Part shown: piece by piece, positions 38,529-48,100 of the stretch
Layout of the letters: each line of letters starts with the position of its first letter
Numbering within the stretch: position 1 is the stretch's first letter
Assembly (NCBI GenBank): GCA_036677365.1
Contig: JAVBWN010000003.1
Span: 1 to 64,000, forward strand
DNA from: Acholeplasma sp.
GTDB taxonomy: Bacteria > Bacillota_I > Bacilli_A > Acholeplasmatales > UBA5453
Direction: 5' to 3'
Length of the DNA stretch: 64,000 nucleotides
Position numbers and translations under genes: made by a program
The notes under the pieces: model-generated
Told to the model about the DNA's origin: nothing
What the model saw: only the letters and a program-made list of their open reading frames with translations
The model's database searches: none

Positions 38529-38988
38529 TTATATAAAAGAGATCCGAAGCCTCGTTGGACACACCCCGATTCGTAGTGTATCCACAGGCATCATCGTAGA
38601 ATACAAAAATCAAATTCTTTTACAACACAGAAGCGATACGAACGATTATGGTACCCCAGGGGGGAACGTAGAACTCAATGAAAAATTGAAAGACGCAGCG
38701 AAAAGAGAACTTTTTGAAGAAACCGGTATTGAAATTACAGACTTGTCCTTATTTGGGATTTATTCAGGGGACGATCAAATAACGGTGTATCCCAATGGGG
38801 ATGTTACCCACTATGTCGTGGTTGTATTTTATGTCAAACTCGATAAGAAACCTAAATTAACTAAAGATGATGAATCCCATGGTTTGGATTTTTATGATAA
38901 AAACGCATTGCCTTCGCCATTAAAACCCACCGATGCCTTTTGGATCGATGCTTGGGTCAAGGGTGAGTTTGAAATTGAAATCGATTGA
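38521..38988 (+). CDS. NUDIX hydrolase
   Basis: PGG.VELNE....AAKRELFEETG. Confidence 0.9.
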   Translation: MPNYIKEIRSLVGHTPIRSVSTGIIVEYKNQILLQHRSDTNDYGTPGGNVELNEKLKDAAKRELFEETGIEITDLSLFGIYSGDDQITVYPNGDVTHYVVVVFYVKLDKKPKLTKDDESHGLDFYDKNALPSPLKPTDAFWIDAWVKGEFEIEID

Positions 38989-39155
38989 AAATGTGTCTAT
39001 GGCACATTTTTTTTCTTTTTTTGATTTGTTCATAACTTTGACACAATCTTTTACTATAATACAGTTGAACAAGACAGCTATAGTCATTTCAAAATATTAA
39101 ATATCAAATTACATATATACAATACTTTTGAAAAAGTCTATAATCATAAATAGAG

Positions 39156-39869
39156 GTGATCGATTTGGACAATATTGTCAGTATTAAGAACTTAAATAAA
39201 TCCTATGGTCAAACCAGAGCATTGGTGAATGTCAACTTAGACCTCACCAAAGGGAAGATCATTGGTTTACTCGGACCCAATGGGTCGGGTAAGACAACCC
39301 TCATCAAAATCTTAACAGGCCTTTTACAACAATTTGAAGGCAATGTTACGATCGATGGGATGAAGATTTCTCCAGCAACCAAAAATGTGGTCTCTTACTT
39401 GCCAGACCAACTTTATTTTGAATCTTGGATGAAAATTGATGATTTAAAGCAGTATTTTGAAGACATGTATAGCGATTTTAACCCACTCCGTTTCAATGAA
39501 TTGATGTATCAATTTCAAATTCCTTCACGTGACTTGATCCGCAAACTATCCAAAGGGAACCAAGAAAAGCTACAATTGGCGATGGTATTGTCGAGGGATG
39601 CGAAATTATACATCTTTGATGAACCCATCGGTGGGGTAGACCCAGCACTCCGTGAAATCATATTGGATACCATCATGAATTACCGAAATACTGAAGCGAC
39701 GATTTTATTATCAACCCATCAAATCTATGATGTGGAAGAATTGTTTGACGAAGTGGTCTTCCTCAAACAAGGCGAAGTGATGTTACATCAAAACTTAGAT
39801 GAACTTATTATGGAAAGAAATAAATCACTGCTTGAAATATTCAAGGAGGTATTCAGATATGCTCGCTAA
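39156..39869 (+). CDS. ABC transporter ATP-binding protein
   Basis: GPNGSGKT, LSKG, DEPIGG. Confidence 0.92.
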   Translation: MIDLDNIVSIKNLNKSYGQTRALVNVNLDLTKGKIIGLLGPNGSGKTTLIKILTGLLQQFEGNVTIDGMKISPATKNVVSYLPDQLYFESWMKIDDLKQYFEDMYSDFNPLRFNELMYQFQIPSRDLIRKLSKGNQEKLQLAMVLSRDAKLYIFDEPIGGVDPALREIILDTIMNYRNTEATILLSTHQIYDVEELFDEVVFLKQGEVMLHQNLDELIMERNKSLLEIFKEVFRYAR

Positions 39870-40602
39870 ATTGATGAAACATGAGATTCTATCCTCCTAT
39901 CGTAAGTTTTTACCGATTTATGCCGGTGTGATTTTGCTTACACTCATCACGTCATTCAGTTTTAATATTCAAAGCATTTCTGCAGCAGCTACATTCACCA
40001 GTTTGTTATTCACATTGGTGGGGATTACCATGTTGTTTACATTCTATACCATCATCATCAACTTGGGCCAACGTGTCTTCGGTAAACCAGGGTATTTATT
40101 ATTCACTACCCCGGCATCGACCATCGAAATCATGTTATCTAAAGTCTTAATCAATATGATGTGGCTCATTGTTTCGATATTGGTCAGTATGTTCGCTGCT
40201 TCCCTATTCATTTTGTCAGCCTTTAGAGAAAACGTCTTTACGATCCTTGGACAACTGATCGATTTGGTCATTCAAAACCCTTATGAATCCTATACCATCA
40301 TTGTTGCAGGTTTTACGTATGCACTCTATATGATTGGGATGTTGTTCTTCTTATTCGCCTTACTCAATATGATTTATAAAGGTGAGAAGAAGATTTTAAT
40401 CGGGATTTTGTTGTATTTCGCGATTGGTCAAGTGGTCAATGTGATCACATCGATTTTCTTAGGTGCGTATATGTCCTTTGGTACAGCATTCATCGAAGAC
40501 TTCAATTCGATTTGGGTATTCACGGGGACGTTCTTCGTACTCAGTGCTGCTTTCTATGTTTTAACTTATATCATCATCGATCGTAAACTTGAAATACAAT
40601 AA
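39859..40602 (+). CDS. ABC transporter permease
   Basis: 6 TM segments; overlaps the ATPase gene; GGAGG RBS. Confidence 0.8.
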   Translation: MLAKLMKHEILSSYRKFLPIYAGVILLTLITSFSFNIQSISAAATFTSLLFTLVGITMLFTFYTIIINLGQRVFGKPGYLLFTTPASTIEIMLSKVLINMMWLIVSILVSMFAASLFILSAFRENVFTILGQLIDLVIQNPYESYTIIVAGFTYALYMIGMLFFLFALLNMIYKGEKKILIGILLYFAIGQVVNVITSIFLGAYMSFGTAFIEDFNSIWVFTGTFFVLSAAFYVLTYIIIDRKLEIQ

Positions 40603-40725
40603 AAAAACAAAAGTGTATGCATTTTCGTTCTATCATGGTATACTGGGTTGTAACAAAAATATAAAAGCAATTTTTATGGGGTGTTACCAAACACCTCATA
40701 TTTTTTTTGAAGAAAGTGAAACGAC

Positions 40726-42129
40726 ATGACATTTAGAGATTTAAACATTATTGACCCCATTTTAAAATCGATCGCAATCGCAGGGTATAAGGAACCTACA
40801 CCCATACAAACAGACGCGATTCCTGTGCTTTTAAGCAAAAAAGACATTTTAGGTAGTGCGCAAACAGGCACCGGTAAAACCGCTGCGTTCGCGATACCCA
40901 TCCTACAAAACCTATATATCGAAAAACCCGATTCGAACCACAAACACATCCGTGCGTTGATTTTGACACCAACCCGAGAACTCGCAAGTCAAATCTATGA
41001 GAATTTCACTTTATACGCGAAATTTGTCAATCAAAGAAGCGCTGTGATTTATGGTGGGGTTTCTCAAAAGAAACAAGAAGAAGCGTTAGCCAAGGGTGTC
41101 GATGTTTTGATCGCAACCCCAGGAAGATTGCTGGATTTGATGTATCAAGGGTTCATATCCTTACAACACGTTTCTTACTTGGTACTCGATGAAGCCGACC
41201 GTATGCTCGATATGGGATTCATTAAAGACGTCAACAAAATCATCGAATTCGTGCCTAAAGCACGTCAAACGATGTTGTTTTCAGCAACGATGCCAAAAGA
41301 AATTGAAACCTTATCCAAAACCATCTTAAATGACCCTGTGCGTGTATCGATTGTCCCAGTCAATCAAACGATTGACGTCATTGAACAATCGATTTATCAT
41401 GTCAATAAAGGCAATAAAACCAAACTATTGGTAGATTTAATCACCTCGTATCAAATGAAATCGGTCTTGGTTTTCATGAGAACCAAACACACGGCCAATA
41501 AGCTCGTGACAGAACTCTTAAAAGCCAATGTGTCGGCTGAACCGATCCATGGTAACAAGTCTCAAAGTGCCCGTGAACGTGCACTACTCAACTTTAAAAA
41601 AGGCAAAACCCAAGTTTTGGTCGCAACCGACATCGCTGCTAGAGGGATTGACATCGAAGCGCTCAGTTTCGTGGTCAATTATGATTTGCCTGAAACCCCT
41701 GAAACCTACATCCACCGCATTGGTCGTACCGGACGTGCTGGGTTAGATGGTAAAGCCATTTCTTTATGTGATCCTAAAGAACTCAGCCTCTTAAAAGACA
41801 TTGAGAAACACATCAAGATGACGATTCCAGAAATCGCGCATGGCTACCCTGTGACTAAAGAGTCTACCAATAAGCCAGCTCAACCAAAAACCAGTAGTCA
41901 ACCGAAAACAAAAGCATTCAACCCACTCAAACCAAATTACGATACCAAACCAAAAACGAAGACAAAAAAAGAACAACCTGAACAAAAACCGGAGAAGAAG
42001 GATATGAACGGATTAAAAAACTTAGCCCCTAAAAGCAAGTTTGGACCGACCAAGCCAGTGAATAACTACTTAAAAGTCCAACAACCTAAACGCAATCAAA
42101 ACAACAAAAACAGAAGAGCAGTTAAATAA
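40726..42129 (+). CDS. DEAD-box RNA helicase (RhlE-like)
   Basis: Q-motif, AQTGTGKT, PTRELA, DEAD, SAT, HRIGRTGR; basic C-terminal tail. Confidence 0.96.
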   Translation: MTFRDLNIIDPILKSIAIAGYKEPTPIQTDAIPVLLSKKDILGSAQTGTGKTAAFAIPILQNLYIEKPDSNHKHIRALILTPTRELASQIYENFTLYAKFVNQRSAVIYGGVSQKKQEEALAKGVDVLIATPGRLLDLMYQGFISLQHVSYLVLDEADRMLDMGFIKDVNKIIEFVPKARQTMLFSATMPKEIETLSKTILNDPVRVSIVPVNQTIDVIEQSIYHVNKGNKTKLLVDLITSYQMKSVLVFMRTKHTANKLVTELLKANVSAEPIHGNKSQSARERALLNFKKGKTQVLVATDIAARGIDIEALSFVVNYDLPETPETYIHRIGRTGRAGLDGKAISLCDPKELSLLKDIEKHIKMTIPEIAHGYPVTKESTNKPAQPKTSSQPKTKAFNPLKPNYDTKPKTKTKKEQPEQKPEKKDMNGLKNLAPKSKFGPTKPVNNYLKVQQPKRNQNNKNRRAVK

Positions 42130-42130
42130 T

Positions 42131-42160
42131 AAATCGGAGCCAACCAAAGGCTCCGATTTT
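42131..42160. repeat. Terminator hairpin, copy 1 of a direct repeat
   Basis: AAATCGGAGCC-AACCAAA-GGCTCCGATTTT. Confidence 0.8.
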
Positions 42161-42260
42161 ATTATAATAATGAATGTGAGATTGACCATCTCTCTTAATA
42201 AGTGTATAATTTTTGTATAATTGATTAACTATTATAAATATTAGATAAAACAATGGATAA

Positions 42261-43466
42261 ATGAGGTTTGACATGAACGATTACGATTTATCGAGCATTA
42301 GAAGACATATAAAATATACCTATGCCTTTTATCAACTACAACTCTTTTTAAGCGTTTGTTTGATCATCATTTATGGATTACCTTTGTTTAACCCCTTCTT
42401 TTTGTTTTCACAAGCCATCGGTGTTTTTATCATCACAATCACCAAACTATTGAAGCCAAACACTTTAACAAAAAGTAAACTCGTCTTTTGGAGTATCATA
42501 CTGCTAACATTATCATCGTTAGGCACACTATCCTATTTGGAATATGGGGTTATCACCATCTCTTCTGCAAAACAGTTAGAACGATTTTCATGGAATCCTA
42601 GAGGTCATTTTCGATTAACTGAAGACATCGATGTCGAATCCATGAAACCCTACTCAGATGACTGTTTAATCAACGTGTTTTACGGTTCTTTGGATGGTGA
42701 TAACCACCAGATAAACCAACTATCCATGCCATTGTTTTGTTTGATTAACGATGGTGTCATTAAAAACGTATACTTAAACGATGTGAATATCAACCTGTCA
42801 ATAGCACAAAGTATTGGGAGTATAACCAATGTCAATAGCGGTGTGATTGAGAACGTTCATGTGAAGGGAACTATTCATAATACTGGTGGTATCGGTGGAT
42901 TGACCGGTACAAGCAGTGGTATTATTCTTAGAAGTTCTTTTAGGGGAACCATCCATGCCCCAAATTCGAACATAGTTGGCGGTATCACCGGAACCAATAC
43001 AGGATTGATTGAAGAGACGTTTACCCAGGGTAGTATTACCGCGAAACATGTCGTTGGTGGCATTGTTGGTAACACACATGGAGGTATCATTCGAAACTCA
43101 TATAGTTCTATCGATGTTACCGGAGAAACATATGTGGGGGGCATTGCCGGTCAATCATCTGAAACTGAACTGAGTGGTTTGGTTGTTCATGGGGACATCA
43201 CCGGTGCATCATCTGTGGCAGTGATTACCCCAACATACCACACGTATGATCATAAAATATTATTCACAGGTCATATCTATTGTGATACTTACGTGATTGA
43301 ACCATCTGTGTTATATTATGAGCAACAAACATTCTTAGTCCCACCATGGAATCAAATCGATGTATCTCAAATGGATTCTGATTTTTGGACTCAAACGTTA
43401 GGACTGGATTTAAGCATCTATCGAATGGATCATATATACCCAAAACTCATCCAAAATGATGAGTAA
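42261..43466 (+). CDS. Membrane-anchored GLUG-motif repeat protein
   Basis: 3 N-terminal TM segments, then repeated (I/V)GG(L/I)xG...G.I.NS motifs. Confidence 0.75.
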   Translation: MRFDMNDYDLSSIRRHIKYTYAFYQLQLFLSVCLIIIYGLPLFNPFFLFSQAIGVFIITITKLLKPNTLTKSKLVFWSIILLTLSSLGTLSYLEYGVITISSAKQLERFSWNPRGHFRLTEDIDVESMKPYSDDCLINVFYGSLDGDNHQINQLSMPLFCLINDGVIKNVYLNDVNINLSIAQSIGSITNVNSGVIENVHVKGTIHNTGGIGGLTGTSSGIILRSSFRGTIHAPNSNIVGGITGTNTGLIEETFTQGSITAKHVVGGIVGNTHGGIIRNSYSSIDVTGETYVGGIAGQSSETELSGLVVHGDITGASSVAVITPTYHTYDHKILFTGHIYCDTYVIEPSVLYYEQQTFLVPPWNQIDVSQMDSDFWTQTLGLDLSIYRMDHIYPKLIQNDE

Positions 43467-43471
43467 AATAG

Positions 43472-43501
43472 AAATCGGAGCCAAACAACGGCTCCGATTT
43501 T
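43472..43501. repeat. Terminator hairpin, copy 2 of a direct repeat
   Basis: AAATCGGAGCC-AAACAAC-GGCTCCGATTTT. Confidence 0.8.
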
Positions 43502-43503
43502 CA

Positions 43504-43914
43504 TTATTCAAGTTCCAAATATTTCTTGGTTTCAATTTTCTTGGATTCTTTCGGGATTTGAATTTTCAAGACCCCTTTATCAAAGGACCCTTTGATTTCA
43601 TCCATGTGGACATCCCCCACATAGAAACTGCGTCTCATGACGCCATAGTAGCGTTCACGACGGATAAATTTGCCTTTAGGGTCATCTGAATTGGTTTCAT
43701 GCTTTCTTTCCGCTTCTACCAATAGATACCCTTCATCTAGGCTCACTTTTACATCCTGCTTGTCAAAGCCAGGCATTTCGATGGCCAATTCATAGCCATG
43801 GTCATTTTCTTTGATATCTGTTCTCATGGAGACATCATTACCAAATGGTGCGACTCTAAATTCATCGAACAAGCTATCAAAGAAGTCTCGGTCTTTTTTG
43901 AGTAAACTCAACAT
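43504..43914 (-). CDS. Hsp20/alpha-crystallin small heat-shock protein
   Basis: MRTDIKE, EMPGFDK, RRERYYG, GVLKIQIPK. Confidence 0.95.
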   Translation of the reverse strand: MLSLLKKDRDFFDSLFDEFRVAPFGNDVSMRTDIKENDHGYELAIEMPGFDKQDVKVSLDEGYLLVEAERKHETNSDDPKGKFIRRERYYGVMRRSFYVGDVHMDEIKGSFDKGVLKIQIPKESKKIETKKYLELE

Positions 43915-43985
43915 AAAACATCGCTCCTTTTCTCTATTGTTCTTGAACTTATCCCCTAAGTTCACTTATATTATAATACAACAAT

Positions 43986-44012
43986 TTGGCACTGTCAAGT
44001 ATAGAGTGCCAA
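43986..44012 (-). promoter_or_regulatory. CIRCE (HrcA operator) overlapping the hsp20 sigma-A promoter
   Basis: Minus strand TTGGCACTC-N9-CAGTGCCAA; TTGACA-17-TATAAT overlaps it. Confidence 0.85.
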
Positions 44013-44044
44013 AAAAATGATAAAAAAAAGAGACATGAAGTCTC

Positions 44045-44737
44045 TTAATTGTTCAAAACGTCCATATTGATTCGACCATCTTTGATTTCAATGATACGAT
44101 CGGCTTTTTCAGCTATCTTTCTATCATGCGTAATGATGATGAATGTAGTTTTGTATTTGGCATTGATTTCTCTTAATAGCGTATACACTTGTTCTGTAGA
44201 ATCGCTATCTAAGTTACCTGTGGGTTCATCAGCTAAAATGATCTTTGGATTATTGATCAAACTTCTCGCAATCGCGACCCTTTGTTGTTGACCCCCAGAC
44301 ATATTTTTAGCGAGATTGTTTTTAACTTTCTTTAACCCAACAAAGTCTAATAGTTCATTGGCACGGTCTAAAATCTCTGGTGTTATCTTTTGTTTCGAGA
44401 TTTTATAAGGCATCAAGACGTTCTCTAACGCAGTAAACTCTGGTAACAAATAGTGGAATTGGAAGATGAATCCAATGTTTTGATTTCTCAAGAAGGAAAT
44501 CTCATTGGCTTTCATCGATTTGGTATTTTGACCATTGATGAAGATTTCACCATCGGTTGGGTTATCAAGTGTTCCTAGGATATTCATCAATGTGGATTTA
44601 CCGGAACCACTTTGACCAATGATGGCGTTGAATGAACCCGATTCAAATTGTAAATCGACACCAAACAAGACTTGTGTTTTGATTTTTTCACCATACACTT
44701 TGGTGATGCCTTTGAGTTCCATGACGGGATTAAGCAT
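44045..44737 (-). CDS. ABC ATP-binding protein (LolD/MacB-like)
   Basis: GQSGSGKS, FQFHYLL, MSGGQQQR, DEPTGNLD. Confidence 0.93.
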   Translation of the reverse strand: MLNPVMELKGITKVYGEKIKTQVLFGVDLQFESGSFNAIIGQSGSGKSTLMNILGTLDNPTDGEIFINGQNTKSMKANEISFLRNQNIGFIFQFHYLLPEFTALENVLMPYKISKQKITPEILDRANELLDFVGLKKVKNNLAKNMSGGQQQRVAIARSLINNPKIILADEPTGNLDSDSTEQVYTLLREINAKYKTTFIIITHDRKIAEKADRIIEIKDGRINMDVLNN

Positions 44738-45893
44738 TGCGGATCACCTCAATGACGGATAATTTAGAAGATTTACGTGCGGGTACCAAAGCCGCCAATG
44801 TAGATACACCCACCGCGATTAAAGCGGATAGAGCGATGAAGCTGTATTCGATATTGAGCGGAATCACTGGGTCACCGGTGGTGGCGTCAATCGCGAAGGT
44901 TTGGAAGGATACCAATAAACCAATACCAAGCAGTACCCCAGTCAATGCTCCAAAGATACCTAAGATCAAGCCTTGAAATAAGAAGATTAAGGAAGCGTCA
45001 CTGTTTTTAATCCCCATCGCTTTTAAAATACCAATTTGTTTGGATTTTTGTAAAACGATGATGGCTAAGATTGAAGCGATCCCTAACACAACAGAAATCA
45101 AGACGAATACTTGAATCATTAAAGAGGAAATACTTTGACCTTGTAAACCAGAGAGTAAGGATGCGTTATTTTCTATCCAGTTTACAGTCACATAATCAGA
45201 CCCGATTTGTTCTGAAACCTTAATTGAGATGGCATCGGCTTCAAAATAAGCCGATGCTTTCACTTGAGATTCAATCGAAGACACGACATCCCCCACTTGG
45301 AAGAGTGTTTGGGTGGTATTTAAAGTGGATACGGCCCACAACTCATTGATGGCTTTCACTTCAAAATTGAAGAAACCAACCACAGTTAACGTGGTATTGC
45401 CTTTGAGTGGGACTTGAATCGAAAGGGTATCCCCCACGTTTAAATTGAATTCGGATTTAAAGAAGATCCCTAAGATGACTTCGTTGTTAGCGTTTGGTAG
45501 TCTACCTTCAGTGAGTTTATCACTAAATTTATATATCCCATCGGCTTGACTGAGTTCAAACCCACGAACCAAGACGGGTAAGGTATCACTGTTTTTTTCT
45601 AACGTACCAGCGACATTGAAGTTTCCTGCAGCGACACGAATACGTGAATCGCTTGCGAGAATGTCTTCGATCAAAGCGTCATAATTGTCTATGTAATCTT
45701 CATCGGTACGGGTAATGGTGATTTGAGAACTGTTACCAATGGTGGTATCTACCAAGCTTTTTTGAAGCCCTGAAATCAACGCCCCAATGAATACTTGAAC
45801 CGATACACCCACACCAATCCCTAAGATGATGAATAAGGTTTGAAGTTTACCTGATTTTAAAAACCGAGATGCGATTTGGAAGGCGAGTTTCAT
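44730..45893 (-). CDS. ABC permease (FtsX/LolE/MacB-like)
   Basis: TM1, large extracellular domain, IGILKAMG, then 3 TM segments. Confidence 0.88.
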   Translation of the reverse strand: MKLAFQIASRFLKSGKLQTLFIILGIGVGVSVQVFIGALISGLQKSLVDTTIGNSSQITITRTDEDYIDNYDALIEDILASDSRIRVAAGNFNVAGTLEKNSDTLPVLVRGFELSQADGIYKFSDKLTEGRLPNANNEVILGIFFKSEFNLNVGDTLSIQVPLKGNTTLTVVGFFNFEVKAINELWAVSTLNTTQTLFQVGDVVSSIESQVKASAYFEADAISIKVSEQIGSDYVTVNWIENNASLLSGLQGQSISSLMIQVFVLISVVLGIASILAIIVLQKSKQIGILKAMGIKNSDASLIFLFQGLILGIFGALTGVLLGIGLLVSFQTFAIDATTGDPVIPLNIEYSFIALSALIAVGVSTLAALVPARKSSKLSVIEVIRNA

Positions 45894-46531
45894 TAATGTT
45901 TACCCCCCAATTTGAATATATCCTCTTTATGAGTGAGGTGATAATCATACACCAAATGGTCTAAAGCACCGGGTTTATTGAAGGCATTACCACCCACAAT
46001 GATTTTTACATTGGGGAATAAACCTTTGACTTGTTCGGTGATTTGTTTGGTCACAACAAGATTATAATAATTGGTTACCGACAAAGCCAAATAATCGGGT
46101 TTCAACGCTTTTACAGCCGATAAAATGTCGTTTTTAGGGGTATTGGCACCGATGTACTGAGCGTCAAATCCAGCCAGTGAGAAGTAATTGGTGACGATGA
46201 TGGCACCCACTTCATGGAATTCCTCACTTGGACAAACGACCATCACTTTTTGGTTGTTCTTTGGTACTGATTTCTTGATTTCGATCAAATAAGGGTAGGT
46301 GGATTCGAGGATGGTACGAACAATCGATGTTCTCACGTGTTCTTTCCATATACAAATTTCTTCATCTTCAGAGCTACATACAAATTCATTCAATACAGGT
46401 CTTAAGAAGAAGTCATACAAATCATACAATTCAATTTTCTTGTCTTTCAATAAGTTCAGTACATAAGTCATCGCCTCGTCTTTATTTTCTTCATTGACGA
46501 GTTTTAGAAACGGTTCATAATAAGGATGCAT
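45893..46531 (-). CDS. Stand-alone cobalamin (B12)-binding domain protein
   Basis: Helical cap with WKEH; Rossmann domain EEFHEVG, YIGANTP, LSVT, IIVGG. Confidence 0.82.
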   Translation of the reverse strand: MHPYYEPFLKLVNEENKDEAMTYVLNLLKDKKIELYDLYDFFLRPVLNEFVCSSEDEEICIWKEHVRTSIVRTILESTYPYLIEIKKSVPKNNQKVMVVCPSEEFHEVGAIIVTNYFSLAGFDAQYIGANTPKNDILSAVKALKPDYLALSVTNYYNLVVTKQITEQVKGLFPNVKIIVGGNAFNKPGALDHLVYDYHLTHKEDIFKLGGKH

Positions 46532-46688
46532 ATTTTCCTCCTGTAGGTTTACTTAACTATAGTATAACAACTTTATCACTTTCTTGTTATAGTCTACCAA
46601 CAATTATTTCTAATTTCAACTAAAAAGCATTGTATACAATTTAATTTTACACAATTGAATTGATGAGAAAAAAAAGAGGTTTTACCCT

Positions 46689-47645
46689 CTAGTTTTTCGA
46701 TGCGAGAATGGCTGTGATTGGTACCAATAAGAAAGCGATCCAAGAGATATAGAACAAGTCGAAGAAGTAACCCAAGGAATAGAATATGATGACTGAGAAG
46801 AAAGGCATGAGGGCGATGATGTTCGCTTTTCCAAAGATCGAAATTGCCATCATTGGGATGAATAAGACAAATTGCCAACTCCAAGCCCACGCGTTATAAA
46901 AATATCCAATCAATAGGAATAACGCAATCATACTGATACTAAAACCCAAGAATAAGATGGTTTTACGTCTTTCTTGACCCTTGAGATTGCCAAAATTGAT
47001 GGCGATATCGCCTCTTAAAATACTATAAATAATCGCAGGTGCGAATGATAGCCAAGAGACGTTGAATCCATACATTTGGCCGAAAACAACATACCCTGCA
47101 ATACCTAAAACGATGAGCATGAAGAATACCCACGCATCGAGTTTTTTACCATGGGTGAAGTAACCCAAAACCGGTATCGATAAGAATGGCAACCAAGCAT
47201 ATTCCCAAAACCCAGTTAAGAACCCAATCAACATCATCGCGATGACGGATATAAACGGTGCGAGTGCGACGATACGGTCGCGTCTTGGTGAGTTGAATAT
47301 AATGCCCAACATCGGAATCATCAAGAAGAAGAGCCATCCGTATTGCCAACCATCGAAATAGAACCCACTGATGAAGAAGCAGATGGTTGCGACAAATGGC
47401 GATACAGCGACGATTTTATTGCCTTGTGTACGTCTGACTTGTTTTTGTGTTAGAGTGTCTTTTAATGCTTCGACCACTTCGTGTGGGTCTCCCAACATCG
47501 CTTCAACAGCCGCTTCCGATTTACCTGAGGATAAAGCGTCATCATACATTTCTTCATAATCTTTGAGAATGTCTTTAATATCTGCGTAATTGTTGGTGTA
47601 TTTGTTTAATGCCTCTTTGAGTGATCCTAAATAATCTGCTTTCAT
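46689..47645 (-). CDS. DUF1700-like membrane protein
   Basis: N-terminal DILKDYEE..D..LG.P helical domain plus repeated TM hairpins; coupled to padR. Confidence 0.75.
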   Translation of the reverse strand: MKADYLGSLKEALNKYTNNYADIKDILKDYEEMYDDALSSGKSEAAVEAMLGDPHEVVEALKDTLTQKQVRRTQGNKIVAVSPFVATICFFISGFYFDGWQYGWLFFLMIPMLGIIFNSPRRDRIVALAPFISVIAMMLIGFLTGFWEYAWLPFLSIPVLGYFTHGKKLDAWVFFMLIVLGIAGYVVFGQMYGFNVSWLSFAPAIIYSILRGDIAINFGNLKGQERRKTILFLGFSISMIALFLLIGYFYNAWAWSWQFVLFIPMMAISIFGKANIIALMPFFSVIIFYSLGYFFDLFYISWIAFLLVPITAILASKN

Positions 47646-47956
47646 TGTTTTTCCTCCATGATCTTCATGACCCCTGATAAGAATGAACTCCATTCATCCT
47701 GATACAACTTCAATGCTTCTTTACCTGATTTGGTAGTAACGTAATATTTACGTGGCGCACCATAGACGGTTTCTTCCATTTGAATGTCGAAATACCCTAA
47801 GGTGGTCAGTCGTCTTAAAATGGGATAAACGGTATTTTCGGACACATCGATGATTCTGGATAAGGTATCGATCACTTCATACCCATACATCTTTTTATCA
47901 TCGATGAGTTTTAAAATACACATCTCGAGGATCCCTTTTTTGAATTGTGAATTCAT
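47642..47956 (-). CDS. PadR-family transcriptional regulator
   Basis: QFKKGILE, YGYE, TVYPILRRL, RKYY..T..G. Confidence 0.93.
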   Translation of the reverse strand: MNSQFKKGILEMCILKLIDDKKMYGYEVIDTLSRIIDVSENTVYPILRRLTTLGYFDIQMEETVYGAPRKYYVTTKSGKEALKLYQDEWSSFLSGVMKIMEEKQ

Positions 47957-47966
47957 ACATGCCCCC

Positions 47967-48018
47967 TACTGTGTCTTGCACAATACCAGTATACAACAGT
48001 ACTGTGCGAAACACAATA
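47967..48018. promoter_or_regulatory. Tandem palindromic operators upstream of padR
   Basis: TACTGTG-N5-CACAATA at 47967-47985 and again at 48000-48018. Confidence 0.65.
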
Positions 48019-48100
48019 CCCAATTTAATAAAAATAAAAGACGCAGATTCAGGGGGTCTGCGCCTTTGCTATATAACCACACAAAACGGGGGGATGTGTG

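Noticed and set aside
41870-42129. Low-complexity K/Q/P/N-rich stretch as a repeat element
   Set aside because: It is an ordinary basic disordered C-terminal tail of a DEAD-box helicase.
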